Shown: positions 1 to 10,681 of the stretch, one piece after another
Layout of the letters: the number at the start of each line of letters is the position of its first letter
Numbering within the stretch: position 1 is the first letter of the stretch
From: a virus
Taxonomy: Duplodnaviria; Caudoviricetes
Direction: 5' to 3' (one strand)
IMG/VR virus record: IMGVR_UViG_3300032296_004087
Coordinates: 1 to 64,000 of that record
Length of the DNA: 64,000 nucleotides
Notes under the pieces: generated by a model
Told to the model about the DNA's origin: nothing
Seen by the model: the letters and a program-made list of their open reading frames with translations, nothing else
Databases searched by the model: none
Made by a program: the position numbers and the translations under genes

Positions 1-1
1 C

Positions 2-1060
2 CAAGGTGCCCAAGGAGGACAAGGGTTTCAAGGTGCTGAAGGAGCTCAGGGAGCTTTAGGTCCGCAAGGGGCTCAAGGTGGAACAGGATTCCAAGGAGCT
101 CAAGGAGCCATAGGTGCTCAAGGGTCTCAGGGTGCTCAAGGGGGTCAGGGATTCCAAGGTGCTCAGGGTGCTCAAGGACCACAAGGTTCTCAGGGAGCGG
201 TAGGAGGTCAAGGATTCCAAGGTGCTCAAGGTCACATAGGGCCACAGGGTTCACAAGGTGCCGTCGGAGCTCAAGGTTTCCAAGGAGCTACAGGAGCAAC
301 CGGTCCTGAAGGTGCTCAAGGAGCTCAAGGAGGACAAGGTTTTCAGGGAGCTACGGGACATATAGGTGCTGTTGGCCCACAAGGTGCCCAAGGAACTACT
401 GGTTACCAAGGAGCTCAAGGTGCTCAAGGTGCGAAAGGTCCTCAAGGTGCACAAGGAGGTCAAGGATTCCAAGGAGCTCAAGGTGCTCAAGGTGCGAAAG
501 GTCCTCAAGGTGCTCAAGGAGGACAAGGATTTCAAGGGGCTACAGGAGGTCAAGGTGCTCAAGGTTTTCAAGGAGCAACTGGAGGACAAGGATTTCAAGG
601 AGCACAAGGTGCTCAAGGGGCTGTAGGACCTCAAGGAGCTCAAGGAGGACAAGGGGCACAAGGGCCTCAAGGAGCGCAAGGTTCTAAAGGACCTCAAGGT
701 GCTCAAGGACCTGTAGGTTTTCAAGGAAGTCAAGGTGCTCAAGGAGCTACAGGACCTCAAGGAGCACAAGGAGGTCAAGGTTTCCAAGGAGCGGCTGGAG
801 CTCAAGGATTCCAAGGTGCTGCCGGTGGACAAGGTGTTCAAGGAGGTGTTGGACCCCAAGGTGCTCAAGGGGTACAAGGGGCGAGAGGACCACAAGGTGC
901 CCAAGGTGCTCAAGGAGGTGGAGGTCCTCAAGGAGCACAAGGTGACATAGGTGGAGCTGTTGCAGGTCCTCAAGGAGCTCAGGGGCAAAAAGTTGCTACA
1001 GGTGCTCAAGGTCCAACTGGACCACAGGGTGCTCAAGGAGCTCCCGGTCCAACTGGACCT
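2..1060 (+). repeat. 9-nt periodic collagen-coding repeat (caaggNNNN)
   Basis: Tandem caaggtgct/caaggagct-like units encoding G-X-Q triplets. Confidence 0.9.
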
Positions 1061-1390
1061 TCAGATTTTAGATTAAAGACAAACATTCATCAAATTGAAT
1101 CCGCATTGGAGACAATACAGAAAATCAGAGGTGTTGAATTCAATTGGTTAGAAGATTATGCTTGGGGAAAGAAAGAAGAGCCAGAAATAGGATTCATTGC
1201 ACAAGAAATACTTCAGTTTTACCCTGAATTAGTGGTTGGTTCTGAACAAAATACCTACATGGTAAGATACGGTGAAGTAATTGCTATTTGTATCGAGGCT
1301 CTTAAAGAACAGGATACTATAATCAATCAACTCGAAGAAAGAGCTGAAAAATTATTTAATAGGGCGAAAGAAAAAGGTTTGCTGATTTAG
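2..1390 (+). CDS. collagen-like (Gly-X-Gln) tail fibre with C-terminal peptidase S74 intramolecular chaperone; 5' end outside window
   Basis: Frame 2 reads [14 protein letters not shown]... as an uninterrupted G-X-Y repeat to ~1060, then [29 protein letters not shown]...IGFIAQE (S74 signature), continuous with the 1106-1390 ORF. Confidence 0.9.
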   Translation, partial: QGAQGGQGFQGAEGAQGALGPQGAQGGTGFQGAQGAIGAQGSQGAQGGQGFQGAQGAQGPQGSQGAVGGQGFQGAQGHIGPQGSQGAVGAQGFQGATGATGPEGAQGAQGGQGFQGATGHIGAVGPQGAQGTTGYQGAQGAQGAKGPQGAQGGQGFQGAQGAQGAKGPQGAQGGQGFQGATGGQGAQGFQGATGGQGFQGAQGAQGAVGPQGAQGGQGAQGPQGAQGSKGPQGAQGPVGFQGSQGAQGATGPQGAQGGQGFQGAAGAQGFQGAAGGQGVQGGVGPQGAQGVQGARGPQGAQGAQGGGGPQGAQGDIGGAVAGPQGAQGQKVATGAQGPTGPQGAQGAPGPTGPSDFRLKTNIHQIESALETIQKIRGVEFNWLEDYAWGKKEEPEIGFIAQEILQFYPELVVGSEQNTYMVRYGEVIAICIEALKEQDTIINQLEERAEKLFNRAKEKGLLI

Positions 1391-2409
1391 ATATAGTCTG
1401 AAAATAACTCGTTAAAACTTTCTTTCATTTTGGTCCAATCGGCATAGTCAGGTGCGAATACCCTAACGCATTCAAATACATTCATATCTATACCATTTTG
1501 TAGAACACTCATAAAATAACCATAATTTTCAATAGTATGGGTACCTTCACCTCTCATTTCATCGAAATACCTTTTCATTAAACCAACAAAGTCATTGACT
1601 TCAATTCTAAAATCATATTGAGTTTTGGTTGGGTCTATAGGGGATTGTTTTGAGACCCAATCACCTTTACCAACAAAAAAATCACTCAATGAATTGAAAA
1701 TGATTTCATAGAGTTCAGATTCATATGCGTCGTTGTATGCGCTTTCGTATAAAGAATGTAACTCTGACCTCAAATCTTCCAAAATACCCAATACTGAGAG
1801 AGCACTATCTTCATCTGAAAAAATCTTAGGGATATTCTCTTGGGTTAGTTCAACGAAATCATTATGACCTTGTTCTTCGGCAATTGATTGAAGTAGCTCT
1901 GTTTCAGGATAAATCTTCTCACTTTCATTCAGAAAATCTTTTAACACTCTTTGATATAAAATAGTTTCATTTTTGGGAGTTAAATCTTCGATAACATCCC
2001 GATAAAGGTTTTCAGATGATACATCAAAACGTCCCCAATCATTTTCACCATCCAAAATGTTTGCAACGGTGCTTTGACTCAAACCATTTCTAATACTATC
2101 ACAAAATAACTCAGATAGGTCACTTCGGTCAGCAATTGTTAAAAATGTTCTACCATCATCCTCAACAGAAATTTCATCGAAGAATTCTACCATCATCGAT
2201 AAAAACTTCTCGGGATGGTTTTTGGCAATATAATAATAGCCATGGTTATGATATTCTTCGTTATCATTAGAAGTCAAATCTATTTGGTCAAGTAATCCTT
2301 TTTTATCTAACAATCCAATAATAGGTTCTATCTTACCATCCAAGGCACTTAATACACCTTCTAAGTCACCTTCGTTAAATTTTTGAAGTAAAAAATCATA
2401 CTTACTCAT
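1387..2409 (-). CDS. acidic hypothetical protein
   Basis: Long ORF; likely start MSKYDF just downstream of a TATTTATA motif on the minus strand. Confidence 0.75.
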   Translation of the reverse strand: MSKYDFLLQKFNEGDLEGVLSALDGKIEPIIGLLDKKGLLDQIDLTSNDNEEYHNHGYYYIAKNHPEKFLSMMVEFFDEISVEDDGRTFLTIADRSDLSELFCDSIRNGLSQSTVANILDGENDWGRFDVSSENLYRDVIEDLTPKNETILYQRVLKDFLNESEKIYPETELLQSIAEEQGHNDFVELTQENIPKIFSDEDSALSVLGILEDLRSELHSLYESAYNDAYESELYEIIFNSLSDFFVGKGDWVSKQSPIDPTKTQYDFRIEVNDFVGLMKRYFDEMRGEGTHTIENYGYFMSVLQNGIDMNVFECVRVFAPDYADWTKMKESFNELFSDYI

Positions 2410-2477
2410 ACCATTATAAATACAAAAGGGGATGGATTTATCCATCCCCCCTTTTTTAAAGAGAACCTAAGGTCGTA

Positions 2478-2615
2478 TTACTTTTTGTTATAATACTTTT
2501 CTACTGTCTTTTTGATGGCATCTTTAACGCTCTCTTGTTGGGTAACTCTCTGTGCTGCGGCTTGAGTTGCAGCTTGTTGAGGGTTTTGATTTTTGTTTTT
2601 GCATCCACAGCCCAT
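2478..2615 (-). CDS. small protein (45 aa, MGCGCKNKNQ...KKTVEKYYNKK)
   Basis: Hand-translated ORF with upstream TATTTATA and A-rich leader; not in the ORF track. Confidence 0.65.
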   Translation of the reverse strand: MGCGCKNKNQNPQQAATQAAAQRVTQQESVKDAIKKTVEKYYNKK

Positions 2616-2692
2616 CGATTAAAGTATTTTTGTTGTTTATAATTATAAATATAGATTTGTTTTGGTATTTATCAAATATAAAGATTAAAATT

Positions 2693-3688
2693 ATGTCAGC
2701 AGCCGAGGAAAGAAGAAAAACAGGTAAATGGGAATTGGGTCCTGGTTTGGACGAAGAGGGAAGACAGGTCAATGCTCTTTATCAGTATTTGGTAAGTGAG
2801 GGAGAGATAAATGAAATTGATGATGATATTCAAGAGAATTTGGACAGACTAAGGAATCGTAAAGATGAGTTGGAAAATCAATATGAAGATACCTCGTCAC
2901 CTGAACTCATTGCCCAAATTGAGCAAATTGATGAAGAGTTGTCTCAGTATGATGAATATATTGATGTTTATGATATACAACCTGAGGGTGATTATGAAGA
3001 TTATATGAAGTCTTATTGGATTGAAAAATTAGGACAGACCTATGCTGTGGGTGATGATTATGATATCGATGAGGCTACCAAAAAAAACTTAGAGAACTTC
3101 CTTGATGAAGAAGGGTACGACTCATTACCCGATTGGATTTTGGAAAGTGGTATTTCAGAGAGAGATGTTGTTGAATATGCAGAGGACCTTTTTAATGATT
3201 GGATTAGAAACGACCCTGAGGATTATTTGGATGATGACGCTAAGGATTTGTCCAATGAACAAAAAAAAGAATATCAAGTTTATCAGAAAAAATCTAAAAT
3301 TTTGGCTGAGAGACTTGAAACTTTCAAAAAAATTGCGGAAAAAGAAACTGAAAAAAGGAAAGAAGAATTTCAAGATTTGATTGAGACTTTAGAATCTGAG
3401 ATGGAAAAAATGTTGGAATTAATAGAGGAAATTGAATCAGACCCACAGGGAGATTATCTCGAAGAAAAAATTGAGGAGGAAATTGAAAAAAGAGTTGAAG
3501 AAGTTCGTGAAGCGCCTTTGGACTTTCTGAAAAATTATGATTTACCCATATCTAACTTTATTGACCAAAGTGATGTAATTGGTGATATTATTCGAAATGA
3601 TGGATACACGGCAATTTCTCCATATGATGGTAAAATAGGTGAAGAAAATGTTGAGGGGACAACATATTACATTGTCCGAGTTGATTAA
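2693..3688 (+). CDS. very acidic coiled-coil hypothetical protein
   Basis: ORF; likely start MSAAEERR after TATTTAT motif. Confidence 0.75.
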   Translation: MSAAEERRKTGKWELGPGLDEEGRQVNALYQYLVSEGEINEIDDDIQENLDRLRNRKDELENQYEDTSSPELIAQIEQIDEELSQYDEYIDVYDIQPEGDYEDYMKSYWIEKLGQTYAVGDDYDIDEATKKNLENFLDEEGYDSLPDWILESGISERDVVEYAEDLFNDWIRNDPEDYLDDDAKDLSNEQKKEYQVYQKKSKILAERLETFKKIAEKETEKRKEEFQDLIETLESEMEKMLELIEEIESDPQGDYLEEKIEEEIEKRVEEVREAPLDFLKNYDLPISNFIDQSDVIGDIIRNDGYTAISPYDGKIGEENVEGTTYYIVRVD

Positions 3689-3715
3689 AAAGATTAGTTT
3701 GTTATTTTTTAAAAA

Positions 3716-4504
3716 ATGGGTAGAGGAAAAAACCAACATTTTAAGTTAAGCCCTGAGTGGATGTTCACTCAGCCTATTGACTTTGAATATAACAAATATA
3801 CTTTGTTAGGGTACCTTCAAAAGTGTGAAAAAAGTTTCGATAACTTTGAGATTTACCCCGACTTTGTGGAAATCTCTTTACACTTAGCCAACCTTCAGTC
3901 CCTTATGAAGGAAAGAACACTTCTTTTAACTAATAAAAAGTTCCAATCCCCTGATGATGAAATTCTTCTTAAGGAACTATATCCCAAAAGAATTACTGGT
4001 CTAACAGAGGATGAATTTGCCGAAATTGAAAAAACGATTATGTATTCGGGAAACAAACTTTTAGATGTCTTCAATGTTGGTAAATCAATTTGGAACATAG
4101 TTTACGAATCTACCAATGTTGTTTTAAAGAAAAACAAAAAGTTTGTCAATAGCGGTCGGGGGTTTGTTTATTTCCCTATAAAGGATTTAAAAAAAGTTTT
4201 AGTTTGGGAATTCAGGTTTGAAAAAAACCGAACCACCAAAGGGGAAACCAAAATGATTATGGATTTAATTTGGGAGGGTGACCCTCAAGGATTAAAAATA
4301 TTTGACATCTGTTTGGAGAGGTCATCGTGGAATAATGTCGAAGACATTGAAAAATTGCCGTTGTTTGAGATTACAACAAACAATAAATTTCCGATGGAAG
4401 AAACTCTTATTCCGATGATTAAGAGAAAGATTGTGGGGTACCTTACTCAAAGTATACCATTAAAAGACTTTAAACACTTTGATAGTTCCAAATTAATTTC
4501 GTAA
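3716..4504 (+). CDS. hypothetical protein
   Basis: 262 aa ORF in a co-directional gene run. Confidence 0.75.
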   Translation: MGRGKNQHFKLSPEWMFTQPIDFEYNKYTLLGYLQKCEKSFDNFEIYPDFVEISLHLANLQSLMKERTLLLTNKKFQSPDDEILLKELYPKRITGLTEDEFAEIEKTIMYSGNKLLDVFNVGKSIWNIVYESTNVVLKKNKKFVNSGRGFVYFPIKDLKKVLVWEFRFEKNRTTKGETKMIMDLIWEGDPQGLKIFDICLERSSWNNVEDIEKLPLFEITTNNKFPMEETLIPMIKRKIVGYLTQSIPLKDFKHFDSSKLIS

Positions 4505-4512
4505 TATTGTTT

Positions 4513-4707
4513 ATGTCTTTTAACAAACGGATTATAACCAAAGAACAAACCATCAAGTATCTTAGTGAAAAATCGGTGTCCAAACTTTTTGGAAGTGCCG
4601 ATGCACTTTTCTTTAATGATGAGTTTACCCTTAAAGTATACGAAAGTTATATTATGGGTTTGACAGATGTGGAATTGTTTAATATCTTTAAGCAAGATAT
4701 AAAATAA
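4513..4707 (+). CDS. hypothetical protein
   Basis: Short ORF in tightly packed run. Confidence 0.6.
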   Translation: MSFNKRIITKEQTIKYLSEKSVSKLFGSADALFFNDEFTLKVYESYIMGLTDVELFNIFKQDIK

Positions 4708-4715
4708 GAATTTTT

Positions 4716-4928
4716 ATGAAGTGTATTAAATCAACCAAACTTAACAACACCTATAAGGTGGGGGATATTGTCCGTGTGGAGGACTTCGAAGCTGACCTTA
4801 AGGTTTCAACAGGGGTGTGGGAGTTCGTGCCCAAGTCAGAGTGGAAGAAAGAGGTCCGTGGAACTCAGATACTTCCCGTTGTGGAAGAAAAACCAAAGAA
4901 GAAGAAAAAAACCAATAAACAAGACTAA
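4716..4928 (+). CDS. hypothetical protein, Lys-rich C-terminus
   Basis: ORF with TAATG coupling to the next gene. Confidence 0.65.
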   Translation: MKCIKSTKLNNTYKVGDIVRVEDFEADLKVSTGVWEFVPKSEWKKEVRGTQILPVVEEKPKKKKKTNKQD

Positions 4929-5122
4929 TGGAAATCGACCAAATCACCCTCAAGACTCTAATGAGCAAACTTAGTCAGCCTGTTCATATTAGTTACATCG
5001 CTCGTTACATTCTCAAACAAGAATACGATGTGACCAACAGAGTAATGAAAAAGTTAATTGAGGATGATGTGGTCGAAGAGAGTCCGATGGGAAAGGAGTA
5101 TTATGTTCGTAAAACTACATAG
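4928..5122 (+). CDS. hypothetical protein, possible winged helix
   Basis: Coupled ORF; HISYIARYIL...MKKLIEDDVVEES pattern. Confidence 0.6.
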   Translation: MEIDQITLKTLMSKLSQPVHISYIARYILKQEYDVTNRVMKKLIEDDVVEESPMGKEYYVRKTT

Positions 5123-5126
5123 GGTG

Positions 5127-5321
5127 ATGAATAGACACCATTGGGCGGTTTCGCTAAGAATTTTTCGTTTACCTATCTTTGCTTTTTCTTTATCCAAAGG
5201 AACTGCTTGGATAAGATTTTTCGGTCGAGGAATATCCGTTACAACACAACCTTTGTTTTCTGTTAGAAACAGATTAAAGAAGTCCCTCAAGTTGGGCAAA
5301 TTTTATTTTGAATTACTATGA
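5127..5321 (+). CDS. hypothetical basic protein
   Basis: Fills the gap; stop overlaps the GS start (ATGA). Confidence 0.45.
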   Translation: MNRHHWAVSLRIFRLPIFAFSLSKGTAWIRFFGRGISVTTQPLFSVRNRLKKSLKLGKFYFELL

Positions 5322-6472
5322 AAATTAAATTAGAATATGTATGGCTTGATGGTTATACCCCCGAGCCAAACCTTAGAAGTAAGGTTAAAGTAATAGACAT
5401 TAAGAACGCTGAGGGAAGAGTTTCTTTGGACGATTGTCCTGAGTGGAGTTTTGACGGTTCTTCAACTCGTCAGGCTGAGGGTAAGTTTTCGGATTGTATC
5501 CTAAAACCTGTTAGAGTTTATGCTAATGTTCTCAATAAAGGTTACCTAAAATCATATTTTGTCCTTTGTGAGGTCATGTACCCTGATGGTACTCCCCATG
5601 AAACGAATACTCGTGCAAATGTTGGGTTCGAAGAACAAGACCTTTGGTTTGGATTTGAACAAGAGTATACCATCTACCAAAACGGTCGTCCACTTGGATT
5701 TCCAAAGAACGGCTACCCTGAACCTCAAGGTAAGTACTACTGTGGTGTTGGTAACGGACAAGTTCATGGACGAGAGTTTGTGGATAACCACATGGAGATG
5801 TGTATCAAAGCGGGTATAGATATCACAGGAACAAACGCAGAGGTTCTCCTTGGTCAGTGGGAGTTCCAAGTATTCAGTCAAGGAAAACTACAGGCTGGTG
5901 ATGACCTATGGATGTCTCGTTACATCCTTCTTCAGATGAGTGAAGAGTACGGATTCAAAATTGAATTCCACCCCAAACCAGTTCAAGGAGATTGGAATGG
6001 CTCAGGGCTCCATTGTAACTTCTCTAACAAAAAGATGAGAGATGAAGGTGGTGAGGAGTACTTCCACAATATCTTCAGAGCCTTCGATAGTCGTCACAAA
6101 GAGCACATTGAAAACTACGGTTCAGAAAACGCTCTTCGTCTAACTGGTAAACACGAAACCCAATCCATTGATACTTTCAGTTGGGGTGTCTCTGACCGAG
6201 GAGCTTCCATTAGAGTTCCTTTGGCAACCTCCAAAGAATGGAAAGGTTATGTGGAGGACCGTCGTCCCGCATCGAATGGTGACCCCTATAAAATCGTTAG
6301 AGTTATTTCCGAAGCTTTGGACCTTGCAGTTCAAATTAATAAAATCAATCACACCATGAACTCCAAGATTGATACTGAAAAGGCTAAAGAGGCTTTGGCA
6401 TACTTGGGTATTAATTGGAACCACTCTCAAGAACTTAGAGAGGCGGAAAAATTAGGCCCGGACGATGAGTAA
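5318..6472 (+). CDS. glnII: glutamine synthetase type II
   Basis: LEYVWLDG, WSFDGSST, WFGFEQEY, NAEV..GQWEFQ, DWNGSGLHCNFS, RLTGKHET, DRGASIRVP, EDRRPASN motifs. Confidence 0.95.
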   Translation: MKIKLEYVWLDGYTPEPNLRSKVKVIDIKNAEGRVSLDDCPEWSFDGSSTRQAEGKFSDCILKPVRVYANVLNKGYLKSYFVLCEVMYPDGTPHETNTRANVGFEEQDLWFGFEQEYTIYQNGRPLGFPKNGYPEPQGKYYCGVGNGQVHGREFVDNHMEMCIKAGIDITGTNAEVLLGQWEFQVFSQGKLQAGDDLWMSRYILLQMSEEYGFKIEFHPKPVQGDWNGSGLHCNFSNKKMRDEGGEEYFHNIFRAFDSRHKEHIENYGSENALRLTGKHETQSIDTFSWGVSDRGASIRVPLATSKEWKGYVEDRRPASNGDPYKIVRVISEALDLAVQINKINHTMNSKIDTEKAKEALAYLGINWNHSQELREAEKLGPDDE

Positions 6473-7094
6473 ACCCTATATCCAACAAACTCTCACCTAT
6501 ACTGAAGATGGTAGGTTAATGGACGAAACAGGACAAGCGGTAATGATGGATTGGGAACGCCCAATTATGGAACAAGCGGCAAAGGTCATTACCCAAAATG
6601 GTGGACGAGTTCTCAATGTAGGATTCGGAATGGGAATTATTGACACTGAAATTGAAAAATATCCCAACACCGAACATTGGATTATTGAACCTCACTTAGA
6701 TGTCTTTACTAAAATGATGGATGACGGGTGGCACCTTAAATCCAATGTAAAAATCCTACACGGAGACTGGCAGTGGTTTCTTAAATACTTACCTAAGTTT
6801 GATGGTATCTACATCGACACTTGGGATGAACAAATTTGGGACTTCTTGAAGAATACACCGAACATGCTTAAAGAGGGGGGTATCCTTTCATTCTTTAATA
6901 ATCCTCGTGGTGATGAGAAAGGATTACATATGTCTCAAGAAGAATATGACATTTTGTCACCCATATGTCAAATTGACTTTGAGACTATTGAGTTGAATCA
7001 CATTGACGGACCTGATAAACAAACTGCAAACGGAGGATTTTATTGGCATCCCGATTGGAAGACCTATTATTGTCCTATCATAACTAAAAAATAG
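6465..7094 (+). CDS. Rmt2/GAMT-like class I SAM-dependent methyltransferase
   Basis: VMMDWERPIM, VLNVGFGMGIID, HWIIEPH, FDGIYIDTW motifs. Confidence 0.8.
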   Translation: MSKPYIQQTLTYTEDGRLMDETGQAVMMDWERPIMEQAAKVITQNGGRVLNVGFGMGIIDTEIEKYPNTEHWIIEPHLDVFTKMMDDGWHLKSNVKILHGDWQWFLKYLPKFDGIYIDTWDEQIWDFLKNTPNMLKEGGILSFFNNPRGDEKGLHMSQEEYDILSPICQIDFETIELNHIDGPDKQTANGGFYWHPDWKTYYCPIITKK

Positions 7095-7155
7095 ACAAAC
7101 TTTTTGTAGTCTGTCGTAATAATCATAGTGTTGTGGTATTTATTAAAAAAACATT

Positions 7156-7860
7156 ATGAAAAAAATCGATTTAAATTCTGGTGATAAGTTCCATTATTGG
7201 ACTGTAATTTCTCTATCTGATTTTGAAACTAAAAAAGGGGAGAGATATTATAAATGTTCTTGTGACTGTGGTACAATCAGGGATGTCAGGGCAAGTACTC
7301 TCAAAAATGGGCAAACAAAATCTTGTGGTTGTTTTGTGAAAGAAACAATGTCAAATTTAAAAAGAATTAATATTCAAGGTGTAAAATTTGGAAAACTAAC
7401 ACCAATCAAGAGAGTTCATCATAATAATGGCAAACATTTAAATCATTGGTTGTGTGAATGTGATTGTGGTAATCACATTGTTGTAGCAACAAGTTCTCTG
7501 ATGAAAGGTCAAAAATCTTGTGGTTGTATTAGGAAAGGTGAAAGTAACCATAATTGGAAAGGTGGCAAAATAACTACTCGTGCTGGTTATGTAAAAAAAC
7601 ATGCTCCAAATCATCCTAATAATATTATTGGTTATGTTTTAGAACATAGATTAGTAATGGAAGAAGTTTTAAGTCGATATTTAGAACCAAATGAAGAAGT
7701 GCACCATAAAAATGGTGTTAGAAATGACAATTCGATAGAAAACTTAGAACTTTGGGTAAAATCCCAACCTCCTGGTCAACGAGTTGACGATATGATTGTT
7801 TTTTGCTATAATTTCCTTAAAAAGTATAAACCACAAATTTTAAAAAATGAGTTTGAATAA
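7156..7860 (+). CDS. free-standing HNH homing endonuclease
   Basis: Two CxCDCG...KSCGC repeats and YVLEHRLVME...VHHKNGVRNDNSIENLELW. Confidence 0.9.
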   Translation: MKKIDLNSGDKFHYWTVISLSDFETKKGERYYKCSCDCGTIRDVRASTLKNGQTKSCGCFVKETMSNLKRINIQGVKFGKLTPIKRVHHNNGKHLNHWLCECDCGNHIVVATSSLMKGQKSCGCIRKGESNHNWKGGKITTRAGYVKKHAPNHPNNIIGYVLEHRLVMEEVLSRYLEPNEEVHHKNGVRNDNSIENLELWVKSQPPGQRVDDMIVFCYNFLKKYKPQILKNEFE

Positions 7861-8080
7861 AGAAATGGTCAATCATCCAGACCACTATCAATTTGGAAAA
7901 GAAAATACATATGAAGTCATCAAAGTCATTGAAGCTCTTGAAATGGATTTTCATCTTGGTAACACTTTTAAGTACATCGCTCGGGCGGGTAAAAAAGGAA
8001 CGGACAAAGAAATCCAAGACCTGAAAAAGGCTCTTTGGTATTTAGAGAGAAAAATTCAACTTTTGGAATCTAATCGATGA
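7847..8080 (+). CDS. DUF3310 family protein
   Basis: VNHPDHY...FHLGNTFKYIARAGKK...DLKKALWYL. Confidence 0.85.
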   Translation: MSLNKEMVNHPDHYQFGKENTYEVIKVIEALEMDFHLGNTFKYIARAGKKGTDKEIQDLKKALWYLERKIQLLESNR

Positions 8081-8244
8081 TTTTATATCTTCTTTGGGGT
8101 TCGATATTTGGAATGTTATTCCATTATGTTATGATTGTAACTCAACAAGAAGTTGAATTTACTGAAATAGTATTGGTGGTCCTTGGTTGGCCACTGATAT
8201 TACTTGTTTTTGTATTTGGATTAATTAATGAACTAAGAAAATGA
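8077..8244 (+). CDS. small two-TM membrane protein (55 aa)
   Basis: Hand-translated MILYLLWGSIFG...GWPLILLVFVFGLINELRK; ATGA overlaps at both ends. Confidence 0.65.
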   Translation: MILYLLWGSIFGMLFHYVMIVTQQEVEFTEIVLVVLGWPLILLVFVFGLINELRK

Positions 8245-9113
8245 TTGAAAATTTTACTAAAAAAATCCTCAATGGAGATTGTATTGAGGTTATGAAAACC
8301 ATTCCTGAGGGTTCTGTTGACCTTGTTTTAACCTCCCCACCCTACGGAGTAAACATCGCATATGATGTGCACAACGATGATATGACACCTGAGGAGTACC
8401 TTAAATTCACCAAAGAGTGGATGACCGAGGCGTATCGGGTGTTGAAGGACGATGGTCGTATTGCTTTAAACATCCCATACGAGATTAATCGTCAAGATAA
8501 AGGTGGACGAGTATTCTTAGTCAGTGAGGTTTGGCAGACTATGAAACAAATAGGATACAAATTCTTTGGAATCGTTGATTTGGAAGAAGAGTCACCACAC
8601 CGTAGCCGTACAACCGCATGGGGAAGTTGGATGAGCCCAAGTTCACCTTACATCTACAACCCGAAAGAGTGTGTTATCTTAGCCTACAAGAAAGAACACA
8701 TTAAAAAAATTAAGGGTCAACCTCAATGGACAAACGAATGGATTGATGTTGAAGATGAAAATGGTGTAACCAAACAAAAAAAGGTTTATACTGAAGACCA
8801 AAAAAGAGAATTCATTGACTTGGTATTTGGACAGTGGAATTACTTTGCCGATACCAAGAGTATGACCAAAGCTACTTTCTCAATGGACATCCCAACCAAA
8901 GCAATTAAAATTCTGACTTACAAGAATGATGTTGTATTGGACCCATTTGCTGGTAGTGGGACTAGTTTGGTCGCCGCAGAAGTATTAGACCGTCGTTGGA
9001 TTGGAATTGAATTGTCACCCAACTACACCGAAGTTGCTCGAAAAAGAGTTCAGGGGTTTATTGATGAGAAAAAACAACAAAAAATTAATTTTGAAAAAGA
9101 TTTGGCGGAATAA
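8241..9113 (+). CDS. DNA amino-methyltransferase (beta class, likely N4-cytosine)
   Basis: LTSPPY catalytic motif N-terminal to the VLDPFAGSGT SAM motif. Confidence 0.9.
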   Translation: MIENFTKKILNGDCIEVMKTIPEGSVDLVLTSPPYGVNIAYDVHNDDMTPEEYLKFTKEWMTEAYRVLKDDGRIALNIPYEINRQDKGGRVFLVSEVWQTMKQIGYKFFGIVDLEEESPHRSRTTAWGSWMSPSSPYIYNPKECVILAYKKEHIKKIKGQPQWTNEWIDVEDENGVTKQKKVYTEDQKREFIDLVFGQWNYFADTKSMTKATFSMDIPTKAIKILTYKNDVVLDPFAGSGTSLVAAEVLDRRWIGIELSPNYTEVARKRVQGFIDEKKQQKINFEKDLAE

Positions 9114-9132
9114 AAATTTTGTTGTAGGTTTG
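9101..9132 (+). promoter_or_regulatory. Bacteroidota sigmaA-type promoter
   Basis: TTTG-N20-TAGGTTTG; same pattern at 15487, 17694, 23222, 28107, 38787, 41345, 55393, 55710. Confidence 0.75.
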
Positions 9133-9159
9133 TCTTGTTGATTAATAAAAACTAAAAAC

Positions 9160-9480
9160 ATGACCAAAACTCAACAAATCGAAACAGTCCGCCAGTTGGT
9201 TGAAGACTACTGTGCTCGGGAAATGTTCCTCACCCACGGATTCACACCCACGGATGATGAATACCAACACATTTTAAACATCGCAGAAAGTATACTTTGT
9301 ACCAAATGGAATGTAGGTTACCCCGGTGGTAGTTTTGTTCAAGCTGTGGTGGAAAACAACCTACAACTTGCCGTATCACGGGCTGACTATATCAATCGGA
9401 AGTACATCCCCCTTTACATTGGGCTTTTACAGTCGGTGGAATGTCCCAAAGAATTAACTTACAATAGCGAAATCGAATAA
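9160..9480 (+). CDS. hypothetical protein
   Basis: ORF between promoter and terminator. Confidence 0.7.
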   Translation: MTKTQQIETVRQLVEDYCAREMFLTHGFTPTDDEYQHILNIAESILCTKWNVGYPGGSFVQAVVENNLQLAVSRADYINRKYIPLYIGLLQSVECPKELTYNSEIE

Positions 9481-9503
9481 GTTGAGTTTTTAATTTAATG
9501 AGA

Positions 9504-9533
9504 GACCTCTATCTGTAAAGGTGGGGGTTTTTT
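9504..9533 (+). terminator. intrinsic terminator
   Basis: GC stem ending GTGGGG plus T-run. Confidence 0.65.
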
Positions 9534-9555
9534 ATTTGGGTCCATATTTATCATT

Positions 9556-9966
9556 ATGAACTTGAGTAAAACCATCAAAAGAATTCTCAGGGAAGAGTTG
9601 AATAATGGTTTAACCAAATTTGAACGACAGAAAAAATTAATTAAAAAAATCTTGGATAGTTCATCTTATGAGGGGGTATGTGGTTACACCTTTACCCACG
9701 ACGAAGACAATGATAGAGTGGCTAGTGTAATTGTTAATTTCTCCGAGGGATGGTACAGGTATAGTGATGACAGAAATGAATTGAATAGAAGACTACGAAC
9801 GATTGGAGTAACCAAAATCGAGATTGAAAATAGGATAAGTAATTTTTTGGGTATAAAGAACCTTTATATCGGTTCTATTTTGGTTGATTGTGATTCAAAA
9901 TTAAAAGAGAATGATGACTCAAAGAGTGTGTCTTCTGAATTTATTGAAAGGATATTCAGGTCTTAA
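9556..9966 (+). CDS. hypothetical protein with IKRILREE leader
   Basis: ORF after TATTTAT at 9545. Confidence 0.7.
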   Translation: MNLSKTIKRILREELNNGLTKFERQKKLIKKILDSSSYEGVCGYTFTHDEDNDRVASVIVNFSEGWYRYSDDRNELNRRLRTIGVTKIEIENRISNFLGIKNLYIGSILVDCDSKLKENDDSKSVSSEFIERIFRS

Positions 9967-10047
9967 ATAACTGAAACTAAAAACACGACCCTCTTCTGAA
10001 GAGAAGGGGGTTTTTTTATTTCGAAACTTTTTAGTATCTTTGTTTAT

Positions 10048-10668
10048 ATGATTGACAACCTACATCAAATCAAGTCTCTGCTTAACTTCGAAAAGGAGGG
10101 GGACTTTTACATGCTTTATGTTTTGAAGCGTAAGAAAGACCAAACCACTGATAAGTCAAATCATCAATCAGTTAGAACGATAAAGACCTACTGTATTGAA
10201 AGTGTTGAGTATCTCGAAAAGAGGTATGAAGAGATTAAAGAACTTTGTGAGATGTTCAAAGCCAGAGCATACATTCATGTTCAAAAGCAAAGTCACCACG
10301 ATGTGTCGTTGAACATGTTAGTTGCTTTGGCTGAGCGTATTCGTAACGGTCAACATAGCCAGCAACATTTATTTGATTCTGTCGTCGGTCAATTGAAAAC
10401 TTTGGAAAAGCGATGGGTTATCGATATCGATGGAATATCAATTGATGGTTTTGCTCATGCACCTTTTTATAAAGAAATGCGTCGGTATATTAGTGAACTG
10501 CAAAGTGAAACTGGTAAAGAAGTTGAGATGACTTTCATTCCAACTAAGGCTGGATTTCATATTATTGCCTCACCTTTCAATCTCCAAAAGTTTAAAAAGC
10601 GTTATCCTGAGGTAGATGTTCAGAAAAAAAATCCGACGATTTTGTATATTCCAAATAGTTTAAATTGA
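10048..10668 (+). CDS. hypothetical protein heading the RNA-repair cluster
   Basis: ORF after TATCTTTG promoter at 10035. Confidence 0.75.
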   Translation: MIDNLHQIKSLLNFEKEGDFYMLYVLKRKKDQTTDKSNHQSVRTIKTYCIESVEYLEKRYEEIKELCEMFKARAYIHVQKQSHHDVSLNMLVALAERIRNGQHSQQHLFDSVVGQLKTLEKRWVIDIDGISIDGFAHAPFYKEMRRYISELQSETGKEVEMTFIPTKAGFHIIASPFNLQKFKKRYPEVDVQKKNPTILYIPNSLN

Positions 10669-10681
10669 TTATGTTTGTTAA

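Noticed and set aside
251-1036. 261-aa Ser/Leu/Thr-rich minus-strand ORF and Lys/Val-rich plus-strand ORFs
   Set aside because: Shadow frames of the collagen repeat; the real frame is the Gly-X-Gln one leading into the S74 domain
7156-7860. HNH as a group I intron-encoded ORF
   Set aside because: Both flanking genes are complete, and there is no room for an intron core
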